Source: an uncultured delta proteobacterium (GTDB taxonomy: Bacteria > Myxococcota_A > Polyangia > Palsa-1104). From it: a DNA stretch of 64,000 bases. The notes below the pieces were generated by a model. That model was not told where the DNA came from. It made no database searches and saw only the letters and a program-made list of their open reading frames with translations. How positions within the stretch are numbered: position 1 is the first letter of the stretch; each line of letters begins with the position of its first letter. This document shows positions 35,001 through 42,800 of the stretch, piece after piece. Position numbers and translations under genes: made by a program. The DNA lies in the NCBI GenBank assembly GCA_963785725.1, contig CAWAWS010000025.1:1-64000 (forward strand). The letters run 5' to 3'.

Positions 35001-36224
35001 GACTTGGCGTCGTTGAAAGACGTGGCGCGCGAGCTGGAAGCGCTCAATCAGCCGCTGGAAGAGGCCGGCGTCGAGACCGGGCTCGGCTATGCGCTCGACG
35101 GCGACGAGGCGCGCGGCACCATCGTCGTCGCCTTGGCCAAGCCGACGGCGTCGCGGCTGGCCGAGCTGCTCGGGCTGTGCAAGGTGACGTCGCTGACGCA
35201 GCTCGATCCGGCGTTACGCGCGGCGGCGCGCGCGCTCGGCGCCGGCGGCCGCGCCGACCTGCAGTCGGCGCTCGAGCTGCACCTCGGCGACGCGACCGGC
35301 CGTTCGGCGATGGGCACGCGCCTGGCGCTGGCGCGGCTGCATGACGCCGCCGGCGACCTCGATCGCGCCCGCGTCCACTATTCGATCGCGGCGTTCGTCG
35401 AGCCGACGGAGTTGGCGGCGGCGCGGCTGCGCGACTTGGGTCCGCCCGAGCCGTTCGCGCTCAGCGTCGATGACGCAGTCTATCCGGCAGCGGCCGTGGG
35501 CACCTTGCGTGACGCGCTCGTGGCGCTGGCGCCGCTGCTGCTCGGCTTGCCGCCGGCGCCCATCGACGCCGACCCGGCGCCGGCGTGGGTCGACAAGCTG
35601 CGCGCCGTCGTGCAGCGCACCGCCGGGCTCGACACGTTCGAGTGCGCCGTGGTCGTCGACGCGGCCGAGATAGCCTGGGCCGAGCCGACGTGGCCGCCGC
35701 GGCTCGTCCTGACGCGCCGCGCGCTCGCCGACGAAGCGGTCGCACGCTTCGGCGCCGCGCGCGCCATGCATGCGTTGGCCGCCGGCATTCCGCTCGTCGA
35801 AGGCCGCGCCGCCGAGGACGTCGCCGGCCTCTTGCGCGCAGCGGCGGCGCTGTTCTTGCCCGATCTGCGCGCGCCCGATCGCGGCAGCCACTTCGTGCTC
35901 GCCTGGCAAGCGGAGCTGGCGGCGTTGGCCATCGATCCCGAGCAGCTGCCCGAAGCGCAGCGCGGCCGGCTGGAGATGGTGCTGGCCGCCGCGGTCGCCG
36001 ACGGCAACGCGCCCGCCGCCGCCGCCGATTACCCGCGCGCCGAGCGGCTCACGGCCGATCGCGCCGCTTACGCCGCCACCGGCGATCTACGCGCCGCGCT
36101 CGTCGCGCTGGCGCCGTCGTCGGCGAACGCGCCGACCGAGACCGCGAGCGCGCGCGCCGCGCTCTTGGCCACGAGCGCCATCGCCGAGCTCGTCGCCTTC
36201 GCGCTTATGCGCACCGGATCATGA
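26013..36224 (+). CDS. Giant (3,403 aa) TPR-repeat protein of myxobacterial type
   Basis: ATG 26013 overlaps the dctP TGA (TGATG). Non-TPR N-terminal domain (VPNLRFPFDVSDG), dozens of Ala/Leu/Glu/Arg TPR-like repeats (YERALALDP), and a C-terminal ERLTADRAAYAATGDL motif resembling inactive M48-like domains. The ORF-track start at 25104 is rejected. Confidence 0.85.
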   Translation: MADAPLLDFALRFVDGRGVLGLPARTLFELVGVERLELTVPNLRFPFDVSDGTTRLQSRRCDFVGAELRIDNARLQTWLDGHTRLARLGLSQLAARIVDGRIELSARAQVGDRAATVTARVTLAPADRQRLVLAIDDVRVYGLLPAPAPLIGLGIALGLGAEAENGTAHPLTVRGVGELMLNPLEQLLWRALPPAGWRLPRYEDATLAEARLVDGAIVLRYVTETTPEAAPVAVDEARAATRIGDARLAEGDLQAALDAYTAAAPASLAASERQLALLTALPARWGEAELLGARLHAEFPTRPQPLLALAAIEAERGLVATAAARYARLAELAEAAGERDDARAAALRAGQLLAARSPREAIPYLERTLAGARDDVDAALLLADAYAADGRWQDLLRLERWRLAQTTDPTVEAAARARIARVWLDELADPVRARDELERALRSLPDDGALWTLMARALEATGDPKRALDATARAATLHTGEARLDLELRAAALAEAVALPEVALDHARAALAVAPASAAALASVAALLARLGRLDEAVNAYQDAIEHAEEAHDDAARAQLLVALAQLARHALQDRHGARAYVERSLQIAPTPPALHLAAELAAEEGRLDDLVELLGQLADGGNVDARLKQAETLLALGRLPEAAAAAERGVETRPAAWAVLARIYEAMGETAKQRHALEQSTATTGEHSLAARRKLAELRAADDDLPGARALLEATPDDGDSDGDEARLTVELLVDVLLRQGDDAALDVALGRLAALRADGAGRARALSAQGTARARLGRPDDALASYRAALALAPEGDDVEVRAGLGEAAHALKRWDEARTALEPLFTRGLPPQIERALRLGEIAERQGQADDALGFYEAALAAGAHAADALRAYHALAGLQRSRGDFVAEARLQVRAAEDERTNEAEAVRASRLVAAAELLRKRANRRQEAIELYERALALDPLQMAALDALEAVAAEDKDAERIAQVLGRKVAATARRPAEQRAILGRLALLQDELGRPDAARAAWTRVLELDPAYRPALTWLAVDARTRGVVDEEAIALEKLTSLPTDAADPDALATALARLSQLWLQRGRAADAEAAARRALALHAREPRALAVLDAVLAATLDDGPAAKGSHAELAALLAVRAEVETDFDTIVELLFRRAALLETTGQAAAAMQAYEQLISLRPSSAAAWQRLAALLRTAGDWAPLAQLLTRLAERHQLDGRRQEAEALYVEVAHLAHDWLGDSERARAVLHKALESEPRSKLALTSLLALARGRNDVTEEDVLLGRLAELADDELGRAQAVSERARARHARGDLDGALQLIGELPPSVTPDAALRLKLEIEEARSQPLDLPALETLRQRAQAAHDGVGERWALRRLVRAAFAQRSSAAEELARRALELDGDDREAAEVLAELESARGHDAGHLVALERLLRIARRTFEGPAREAELLRSVGQILARAGDLEGAILRLREALELAPDDGPVLSDYGALLFARGGALAAAADALDRAGELGALDESGWALLGHAYDCLGDDERASAAFSRAGDAAPPRKRAEVAFRAGDLLSAREAAVDVLAETPRDEEALGWAIHDQTPAEILALMTQLAPRIMDEDAAYLYQSLAPRLGGDEERLALERAAALAPTPELLVALGDRVRGSTAAAYYEQALALDAGNIPAALGLAAQGEPYQAARALQTAWAEAKWPRQKAQLSAARGALLRDRLSDVAGARVDLERALLESENLAELMPLRAELRRSLAALARSTGDVSAAEAALVQMVDENVARDSDLRHLGELLGERGAWEDVVELLSPLPGSSEVLERALEATGRFAELAARLVAQAAKKPAADARLLLMRAAQLLAERLGNPSRAAQLLERALPLGPSDAEVWSRLGRLYLGPLGDPERGARCLARAYAADRSRSELLMPLADYHYDAEELTPAADYYREALTRGVVATADMARVFLRLGQEASKRQDHAAEEAALAQAATLGATEAWPLLGALYRSRGDGGKLAHALLRQADTATGRMRAALLREAALHLPADETPPIDEQILLLDRDDDEARDRILSRLRAAGDTTALVERLERELPHAAPEHQAIWARELGRLSERLGDDTRAESAWTTALAAQPALDAAHALVALYRRQQRLATAAPILEAALADPRLAPEEMNELSRLCGEAYMAPGANTARALAFVENAEAVGLPVPLDGAQLRTLLRAERRFLEVVAALDGAATAAFDTDERLRLELEAAETLERDLGHFGDAARRYAALFDRHPARRDLATRARLAYAAANEPIYALAIVDRELKLADPHSADGAQLKIAKGELLLQAGADAEAEAEFLHALITTPRVGRAHAALADVYKKRGDLAGALEHLIAAADAPDLEPMRAAACAVDAADVLLVEGDSATAERLYQLAAALDPADRRPVDALARLAGARGEHEKHADLLGRAAALTADRRERARLALQRARLFQHDLGRELDAYRAYKEAVACDPNLREAARSLREMAEARGEWALAAEQRYRELALTTDSNERARLHVELARLLEDKLLDPSAALRNFEQAAELALELEADGAVRPRRNTPIERPPFADLVRMYAEGQRWRDGALAAERWAASLTSPTQLPARAEALARAGELYERAGDHERARARLAEAAALGGDAGKKADDNLMRLAEDDGDPEELRRRLEERLAVEPEGPTRVEILRRALALAVERGDSGAVDTRSRELLTRAADDAEAFVARKRMFESRNDAAGLAQLLRARADAVADPGERAELYFEAGRLAESELYDVTSAAEDYEAALAAVPDQLAALDALADLSYRTRHIGRARALYALIGERASALGPDEVWRRRAELAEEAGDIDEARALYTHAIAANESNLAAHQALARLALSRNDDAAAYQALHAVLDLLPLDAVERITELRRHLGELALRLDDRPSARHWYELVLSQLPLDVPALETLTRLYIDAQSWQEAADALGRLSRLVHEPAARAELLYRRGEILRLGLGNDDAANDAYLKAADLHAAHAPTLRRLIAYYFAEGDLASLKDVARELEALNQPLEEAGVETGLGYALDGDEARGTIVVALAKPTASRLAELLGLCKVTSLTQLDPALRAAARALGAGGRADLQSALELHLGDATGRSAMGTRLALARLHDAAGDLDRARVHYSIAAFVEPTELAAARLRDLGPPEPFALSVDDAVYPAAAVGTLRDALVALAPLLLGLPPAPIDADPAPAWVDKLRAVVQRTAGLDTFECAVVVDAAEIAWAEPTWPPRLVLTRRALADEAVARFGAARAMHALAAGIPLVEGRAAEDVAGLLRAAAALFLPDLRAPDRGSHFVLAWQAELAALAIDPEQLPEAQRGRLEMVLAAAVADGNAPAAAADYPRAERLTADRAAYAATGDLRAALVALAPSSANAPTETASARAALLATSAIAELVAFALMRTGS

Positions 36225-37078
36225 GCCGCCTCCTCGTCCTGGCCTCGGTCGCGCTCGCGGCCGGCGGCTGTGTCGCCCATCGCCCGTCGGCCTGGGGCAC
36301 GCCGTCGGTCGGCTTCGGCGAAGTATCCGACGCCATCGTCGCCGCGCTCGTCGAAGACGGCGACAAAGCCTGGGCCGCGCGCGCCGATCCGCGGCAGCTC
36401 GGCGAAGCCATGCGCAGCTATCGCGCCGCGCTGCACGAGCGGCCCAACGACGTCGGCCTGATGGTCCAGCTCGGTCGCTTGGCCTACTACCGCGCGCAAC
36501 TGCGCGGCGGAAAAGGCGCGGCCCTCCTCTATTCCGACGCCGCGTCTTGGGCCGAGCGCGCCCTGGCGACGAGCAATCCGGCGCTGGCGCAAGCGGCGCG
36601 CAGCGGCAAGCGGCCGGGCGAGGTCTTCTCGCTGGCACAGCCCGCCGACGAGGACGCGCTCGTCCTCTACGCCGAATCGATCTTGTGGTGGGCGATCGAG
36701 AGCAACACGACGACGGTGATCGACCAAAAGCCGTGGATCGAAGCGGCCGCCGCCCGCGCGCTGGCCCTCGATCGCGCCGCCGGCTACGGCGCGCCCGATC
36801 GCGTCCTGGCCGTGCTCGCCTGCGAGATGCCGGCGGCGCGCCAGAACCTGCGCGAGGCGCTCGACCACTTCGAAGCCGCCATCGCCGCGGCGCCCGCCTA
36901 TTTGCCGACGCGCCTCCTGTACGCCGAGGAATATGCGGTGCGCCTGCGCGAGGCGCCGCTGTATCGCCGCCTGTTGCACGAGGTCGTCGACGGCGATGCC
37001 CACGCGCTCGTCGAAGCCCAGCCGGAGAACGAAGCGGCGCAGCGCGAGGCCCAGCAGCTCCTCAAATGGCTGCAGTAA
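36221..37078 (+). CDS. TRAP-associated TPR lipoprotein, TatT-like
   Basis: ATGA overlap; lipobox LAAGG-C; RALALD...YGAPDR.L, A..HFE.AI..AP.YL.TR.LYAE.YAV and PEN..AQR.A..LL patterns of TatT (TP0956-type). Confidence 0.8.
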   Translation: MSRLLVLASVALAAGGCVAHRPSAWGTPSVGFGEVSDAIVAALVEDGDKAWAARADPRQLGEAMRSYRAALHERPNDVGLMVQLGRLAYYRAQLRGGKGAALLYSDAASWAERALATSNPALAQAARSGKRPGEVFSLAQPADEDALVLYAESILWWAIESNTTTVIDQKPWIEAAAARALALDRAAGYGAPDRVLAVLACEMPAARQNLREALDHFEAAIAAAPAYLPTRLLYAEEYAVRLREAPLYRRLLHEVVDGDAHALVEAQPENEAAQREAQQLLKWLQ

Positions 37079-37866
37079 CCGCGCGTCCCTTTCGGCTGGG
37101 CGCGACCTCGTTCGTGTGGCCCGATCGCATGGCGCCCAACGTCGCCAAGCTCGGTCCGCTCGTCGACGATGTCGAGCTCTTGCTGTTCAGCGTCGACGAA
37201 GATGTGCCCGACGAAGCCGAAGTGGCGGAGCTGCTGAGGCTGCAGCAGCAACATCGGCTCAGCTACTCGGTGCACACGCCGCTCGACGCCAGCCTGGCCT
37301 CGGCCGACGACGCGCGCCGGCGGCAAGGCATCGCCAAAGTGCAGCGCGCGCTCGCGTGGGGCCGGCCTTTTGCGCCGTCGGGTTACGCGCTGCATGTCTA
37401 TCTCGGCGACGGCGAGCACGATCCGGCGCCGCCGAGCGATCGCGACGCGTGGCGGGCGCGGGCCACGCGTTCGCTGGAGGCGCTGCTCGACTCCGGCGTG
37501 CCGGCGTCGGCCCTGTGCGTCGAGTGTCTCGACTACGATTTTCAGCTCATCGCGCCCGTCGTTCGCGCGCTCGATCTGTCGGTGGCGCTCGACGTCGGCC
37601 ACCTCATGCGCGACGGCCGCGAGCTGCGCGCCGCCGTCGACGAGTGGCTGCCGCGCGCGCGCCTCATTCAGCTGCACGGCACGCGCCCCGACGGTCGCGA
37701 CCACGTGTCGTTGCGCCACGCGCCGCCCGCCGACGTCCGCTGGCTCCTCTCGACGCTGCACGAGCGCAAGTGGCCGGGCGTGTTGACCTTGGAAGTGTTC
37801 GCGCCGGAAGCGCTGATGGAATCGATCGCGATCGTGGACGAGCTGACGCGGACGCTTACGCGCTGA
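37066..37866 (+). CDS. cbiR: Cobamide-remodelling phosphodiesterase CbiR-like (AP endonuclease 2 / xylose-isomerase TIM barrel)
   Basis: FRLGATSFVWP, DDVELLLF, YSVHTPLD, CVE.LDY, LDVGHL, LHG...GRDH.SL and LTLEVF; overlaps the tatT end by 13 bp. Confidence 0.75.
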   Translation: MAAVTARPFRLGATSFVWPDRMAPNVAKLGPLVDDVELLLFSVDEDVPDEAEVAELLRLQQQHRLSYSVHTPLDASLASADDARRRQGIAKVQRALAWGRPFAPSGYALHVYLGDGEHDPAPPSDRDAWRARATRSLEALLDSGVPASALCVECLDYDFQLIAPVVRALDLSVALDVGHLMRDGRELRAAVDEWLPRARLIQLHGTRPDGRDHVSLRHAPPADVRWLLSTLHERKWPGVLTLEVFAPEALMESIAIVDELTRTLTR

Positions 37867-38278
37867 AAATATCGGGCGAGACGATGGCGGCGAGCAGCGT
37901 CGCCTTGCCCGCCAAGACCGCGCAATAGATCTGCGTGTCGCGCACTTCGAACAGAAACGGCAGGAAGAAGCTGACGAACGCCACCAGCGCCAGCGCGCCG
38001 CGCAGGCCTCTTCCGCGGTGGATGCCGAGCGCCAGCGCGACCGCGAGCGCGCCCGCCGCCGTCTGCGCCGCGACGTAGCCGTCGGTCTTCTCGGCGCACG
38101 CCCAGGCCAAAAAGCCCATCGATAGGCCGAGCACGACCCGCAAGATCGTCAGCGCCAACAGCGCCGTCTGGCGTTTACGCGCGCGCTGCGCGACGGACGC
38201 GGCGTCGCTGGGCGGCCGCATGGCCGCTTCGATCGCCGCCAGATCCGGCGGCGCCAGCGTGGTCGACGACTGCGCCAT
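37856..38278 (-). CDS. Small membrane protein (about 4 TM), unknown function
   Basis: ATG 3 bp after the DLH stop; four hydrophobic segments; host-like codon usage. Confidence 0.65.
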   Translation of the reverse strand: MAQSSTTLAPPDLAAIEAAMRPPSDAASVAQRARKRQTALLALTILRVVLGLSMGFLAWACAEKTDGYVAAQTAAGALAVALALGIHRGRGLRGALALVAFVSFFLPFLFEVRDTQIYCAVLAGKATLLAAIVSPDIFSA

Positions 38279-38280
38279 GT

Positions 38281-39022
38281 CTACCCGAGCTCCGCTGCGA
38301 ATAGCTTCTTCACGCGTTCCCAAGCGTCGGCGGCGGCCTTCGGCTCGTACGAGCCGCGCTTGTCGCAGAAGAAGCCGTGGGTGGCGCCGTCGTAGAGGAC
38401 GATCTCGTGGCGCACGTGATGGGCGGTGAGCGCGGCGTCGATCTTGGCGCGCTGGTCGGCCGTGATGTGCGTGTCGTCGGCGCCGAAGAAGCAGGTGATG
38501 CGCCCTTTGATGTCGCCCGAGCGCTCGACCGTGGGCGTGGTGCCGCCGGGGCCGAACGTGGCGATGCCGCCGCCGTAAAACGACGCCGTGACCGTGATCG
38601 GCAACGTCGCGGCCGCGTAGTAGGCGATGTGGCCGCCGATGCAGAAGCCGATGGCGCCGAGCTTGGCCGTGTCGGCCTCTTTGCGCGTCTTGACGTAGGC
38701 GACGGTGGCGGCGAGGTCGGCGTTCAAGCCCGCGAGGGTGAGCTTGGGAATGAGCGCCATGCCGACCTTCATGTCCTCGTTGCGTGTAGCCGAGCTGCGT
38801 GCCCGGCTTCCAGGCGCGATGGTGATAGTCGGGCGCGATGGCGACGTAACCTTCGCGCGCCAGCCGCTGGCAGACGTCGCGAATGTGCACGTTGACGCCG
38901 AACACCTCTTCGAACACGAGCACGACCGGCCGCGGACCGCTGGCAGCGGGCAGCGCCAAGAATGCCGGCATCGGCTGGCCGTCGACCTCGATCGTGATCT
39001 CTTCCGTGCGCGCGTCCGCCAT
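38281..39022 (-). CDS. Dienelactone hydrolase family protein; +1 frameshift near 38783
   Basis: EEVFGVN.HIRDV..RLA.EGY..IAPD in the N-frame; GFCIGG nucleophile, FYGGG, GADD and HGFFCD in the C-frame; RBS AGGAG upstream. Confidence 0.9.
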
Positions 39023-39088
39023 TCGTCACTCCTGATTTCAGGCTTACGAGGGGCGCAACATAGCACAGCGCATGCTAAATTTTGAGAC

Positions 39089-40618
39089 GTGAAGGCCGAT
39101 CAGGACACCGAGGCGCCGCCGCCGCGCCAGGCGTGGGAAGAGCCGCCGCGCGCCGGCTGGTGCTCGTCGCTGCCCGACCTCGCCAAGGAGCTGGGGCTGT
39201 TCGCGGGCTCGGCGGCGCTGGCGTTCGGCGTCGTGCGCTTGGTGCACGCGGCGCGGCAAATGGGCACGCACGAGCAGCACGGCTTCGGCTTCGTCGTCTT
39301 GTGCGCCATGTGGCTCGGCGTCTGCGTCGTCCTGGCGTCGCTCGGGCTCTACATTTACCGGCGGCTCGGCGGCGTCGGCATCGTCACCGCGATGCTCACC
39401 GACTTCAGGCGCGTCAAGAGCATGGGCGGACGGCCGCCGGTGTGGCTGGACGCGGCGCCGGCGGGCGGGCTCGTCGTCGCGCACCTGTCGGATCTGCACG
39501 TCAACGAAGGGGTGCGCGTGCGCATGGTCGAGCGGCCGCATCCCGGCGGCAACGCGCAGCTCGAGCGCGTGCTCGACCGTCCCGAGCTCGGCGACGTCGA
39601 CGTCGTCATCGTCACCGGCGACGTCACCGATCGCGGCACGGCCGCGTCGTGGCGCAGCTTCGTCGACGCCCTCGAGGAGCGCGGCCTGCAAAACCGCACC
39701 ATCCTCGTGCCCGGCAATCACGACTTGGCGCTCGTCGACGCCGTGGTCGGCCGCGATCACGCGCTCCGGCTCGACCGCTTCGGCATCGTGCAGCTGGCGA
39801 ACCTGCTCAAGTTCGCCGAGGCCTTCGCCGGCACGCTCGGCGGCCAGCTCGGCGTGGTGCTCGTCGACGGCGAGCCGAAACCCTACGCCGACGCGTGGCT
39901 CGCGGCCGAGCGGCGCGTCCGTCCGCTCGTGGCCGAGCTGCCGACGCTGCCGATCCCGCCGTTACGGCTGCGGCGCTGGTTCAAAGAGCGGCGCGCCTTC
40001 TTCGACTACGTCGAGCGCATCGAAGCCGCGCGCGCGACGCTGATGGCGCTCTTTCCCGTCGCCGTGCCGCTGCCCGAGACCGGCGCGGTGGTGTTCGTGC
40101 TCAACTCGGTGTCGCGCGTGTCGCGGCATCCGGCGCTCAACGCCATCGGACGCATCGGCCAGGCGCAATATCAGCGACTCGAGCAGCTGGCGCGCACGCG
40201 ACCGGAGCCGCTCAAGCTCGTCGCCGTGCATCACCACATCGTGCGGCGCGGCGAAGAGGCGTCGTTCGGCTTCCTGCATCGGCTGTTCGCCAAGTTCACC
40301 GTGCTCGGCGACGCGGCGCCACTGGTGAAGTTCTGCGCGCGCCATGGCGTCCGCGCCGTCATGAACGGCCACCGCCACCTGTCGTATCAGCTGCGTTTGC
40401 CGTCGGGCACGTGCCTGTTGGCGGCGCCGTCCTCGACGATGGGTGACGAGCTGTCGCACGATCCGCGCCCGCAGTTCGAGCGCTGGCACTTTGCGCCCAC
40501 GCCCGACGACGCGACGGTGGGCATCTTCCGCGCGCCGGTGCGGCTGCCCCAGAAATCAGAGCCGGCGGAGCCGACGCCGCAAGCGCTGGCGGCGCTGCCT
40601 ACTTCTCGACCTGCGTGA
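39089..40618 (+). CDS. Membrane-anchored calcineurin-like metallophosphoesterase
   Basis: Two N-terminal TM helices; HLSDLH, TGDVTD, PGNHD, VHHH and NGHRH. Confidence 0.88.
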   Translation: MKADQDTEAPPPRQAWEEPPRAGWCSSLPDLAKELGLFAGSAALAFGVVRLVHAARQMGTHEQHGFGFVVLCAMWLGVCVVLASLGLYIYRRLGGVGIVTAMLTDFRRVKSMGGRPPVWLDAAPAGGLVVAHLSDLHVNEGVRVRMVERPHPGGNAQLERVLDRPELGDVDVVIVTGDVTDRGTAASWRSFVDALEERGLQNRTILVPGNHDLALVDAVVGRDHALRLDRFGIVQLANLLKFAEAFAGTLGGQLGVVLVDGEPKPYADAWLAAERRVRPLVAELPTLPIPPLRLRRWFKERRAFFDYVERIEAARATLMALFPVAVPLPETGAVVFVLNSVSRVSRHPALNAIGRIGQAQYQRLEQLARTRPEPLKLVAVHHHIVRRGEEASFGFLHRLFAKFTVLGDAAPLVKFCARHGVRAVMNGHRHLSYQLRLPSGTCLLAAPSSTMGDELSHDPRPQFERWHFAPTPDDATVGIFRAPVRLPQKSEPAEPTPQALAALPTSRPA

Positions 40619-40985
40619 TGAAGTATTCCTCGGGCGTGCAGCGCCACCACGACTTCAAGTCCTGACGATAGTGCAGCGTCACGCGCGTCGCCGTCCGCTC
40701 GGCTTCGCGCAGCTGCTTCATGATCGGATTGTTGTCCGACTGATCGTCGACGCTGAACGTGAACGTCTCGACCGCCTGGCCGGCGGCGGCGCCGGTCAGC
40801 GCCAGCTCGCCCTCGGCGTAGCGACAGATGGGCGTGCCTTTGACGGCGATCTTGCGCACGATGCCGGTGCGCTCGCCCTGCGAATAGCCGTGATACCACC
40901 AGTAGCGCAGCCCCTGCCACGCCGCCAAGATCGCGAGCACGCCGAACACGGCCATGCCCGTCTTCACTTTCGGTCCCAGCTTCAT
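40599..40985 (-). CDS. Single-TM conserved hypothetical protein (YSxGxRxG...K...KG...EGEL family)
   Basis: TM helix followed by YSQGERTGIVRKIAVKG..C...EGEL, FTFSV, VTLHY.Q and YFIT.V. Confidence 0.75.
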   Translation of the reverse strand: MKLGPKVKTGMAVFGVLAILAAWQGLRYWWYHGYSQGERTGIVRKIAVKGTPICRYAEGELALTGAAAGQAVETFTFSVDDQSDNNPIMKQLREAERTATRVTLHYRQDLKSWWRCTPEEYFITQVEK

Positions 40986-41486
40986 GATGTCACCGTACCA
41001 TAGAGTGTCACGAGCCCTCGTCGCGCGCCCGGCCGATTGCGGCGGCGGATCCCCGACGGCGTCACCCGGGCGCATCCGCTACATGACTCGACGTGTACGG
41101 CTCGCACATGTCTGACGATTCGGCGTGCCGCTCGTGCACACGCGCGCCAAAGCGGCAACAGTGACAACGCCCGCGCGACGCTCCGGCGACCTCGGCCCCC
41201 GCCTGGATCGTGGCCGGACAGGCTGCTGGCTGGCGACGGTATTAGCCACTGAGACCAGCAACCACCGCTACCAATTTCCAGGCCCCAGATGGCCTGGCTG
41301 GACGATTCCGGGATGGCGGAATTCCGAAGCTACGGCAATGTCTTACATGAGGTAACGAGGTTGCGCGGGTGGAGCGAATCTCCCCAGGGGAAACGCGCTC
41401 CAGAACGGGATGGATCGCCGGGGTCAAGTCACCCCGCTCGCACCTCGACGCGCCGTCGAAAGGCGCGCCGGACGTGAAAATGGTGG

Positions 41487-41503
41487 TCGGCATCGCGCCT
41501 GCA
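41487..41503 (+). promoter_or_regulatory. Putative sigma54 (-24/-12) promoter
   Basis: TCGGCATCGCGCCTGCA has GG-N10-GC spacing and lies about 24 nt upstream of ATG 41527, with a GAGG RBS in between. Confidence 0.5.
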
Positions 41504-41526
41504 AAAGGGAGAGCGCGAGGATCGAC

Positions 41527-41685
41527 ATGAGCGACAAGGTCATCGTCAGCGGGATCGATATCATCAACGAGCCGGACCCGTGGGATGTCGGCATGGTCAC
41601 GGAGCGCCTGCCCGCGCTCGAGCTGTATGACGACGGAATCGAGCCCGACAACGAGCCCGACGTCCGCCGCGACCGCGCTGCGTAA
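41527..41685 (+). CDS. Small acidic protein (52 aa), unknown function
   Basis: RBS GAGG at 41517-41520; MSDKVIVSGIDIINEPDPWDVGMVTERLPALELYDDGIEPDNEPDVRRDRAA with strong GC3 bias. Confidence 0.6.
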   Translation: MSDKVIVSGIDIINEPDPWDVGMVTERLPALELYDDGIEPDNEPDVRRDRAA

Positions 41686-41702
41686 CACTACGTAGCTTTG
41701 CG

Positions 41703-42800
41703 CTAGATCCCGTCGGTGGGATCGTGGCGGAAATGCACGCGCGGCGCGAGCTGCGGGGAAATCCACACTTTGTTGTGCGCATCGACAATCACGACGCCTA
41801 CGTCTTGAAACGAGGCCGCTAGCGCTAATCCGCGCTCGGGGCCGATGATGAACACGGCGTCGTCGAGCGCGTCCGCCAACAGCGCCGACGGCGCGAACAC
41901 GGTGACGCTGCGCGAGGCCGTCGCCGGATAGCCGGTGTGCGGATCGATGATGTGATGGTAGCGGCGACCGTCGAGGACGAAGCCGCGCTCGTAATCTCCC
42001 GCTGTCGAAAACGCATGATCGACGATGGGCGCCATGGCGAAGGCGTCGCCGTGGCCGGAGCGCGGATCTTGGATGCCGACCGACCACGGCGTGCCGCTCT
42101 TCGAGCCGGCCGCGAAGAGATCGCCGCCCGCCTGCACGATGAAGTCGCTAAGACCGTGCGCGCGCAAGACGGCGGCGCATTTGTCGACGGCGTAACCCTT
42201 GGCGATGCCGCCCAAGCCGATGCGCATGCCGGCGCGCTTCAAGAACAGCGTGTGCGCCTTGGCGTCGACGACGAGGTCGCGATAGTTGATGAGCTTGCGC
42301 TTGGCCGCGATCGTCTTGGCGTCGGGGATCTTGCGCTCCAGATCTTCGTCGAACTTCCAGATGCCGCGCATCGCCGCGTAGGTGATGTCGAAGGCGCCGC
42401 CCGACTTGCGCGCCAGCTCTTGCGCCTCCTGCACGACCTCAATCGTCTCGGGCGAGACCTCGACCGGCTTTTGCCCGGCCGCTTTGTTGACGCGCACGAC
42501 GTCCGACGGCGCCTGCTCCGGCCGCTCCCAATCGGTCATGAGCCGCTCGATGCGCTCGAGCTCGGCGAAGGCCGCCGTGAACGCTTCGTGCGCGCGCGCT
42601 TCGTCGGCGGTCCAGGCCACGAGCGCGACTTCGGTGCCCATAGCCTGCGCCGAGTCGCGCACCGAATGCGGCGCGCCGGCCGCGGGCGGCGACGGCGTGG
42701 CGACTTGCGCGCGCGCCCCGCTCGTCGACAAAAGCGGCAACGCCAGTAGCACCAAGGCCGAGCGTCGCACGGCAGCCGACCGCCAAACGGCGCGCTTCAT
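41703..42800 (-). CDS. apbE: FAD:protein FMN transferase ApbE
   Basis: AMGT, SGGAFDIT, LGGIAKGYAVD, AGGD, STAGDYER, RYHHIIDP.TGYP and ADAL. Confidence 0.95.
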   Translation of the reverse strand: MKRAVWRSAAVRRSALVLLALPLLSTSGARAQVATPSPPAAGAPHSVRDSAQAMGTEVALVAWTADEARAHEAFTAAFAELERIERLMTDWERPEQAPSDVVRVNKAAGQKPVEVSPETIEVVQEAQELARKSGGAFDITYAAMRGIWKFDEDLERKIPDAKTIAAKRKLINYRDLVVDAKAHTLFLKRAGMRIGLGGIAKGYAVDKCAAVLRAHGLSDFIVQAGGDLFAAGSKSGTPWSVGIQDPRSGHGDAFAMAPIVDHAFSTAGDYERGFVLDGRRYHHIIDPHTGYPATASRSVTVFAPSALLADALDDAVFIIGPERGLALAASFQDVGVVIVDAHNKVWISPQLAPRVHFRHDPTDGI

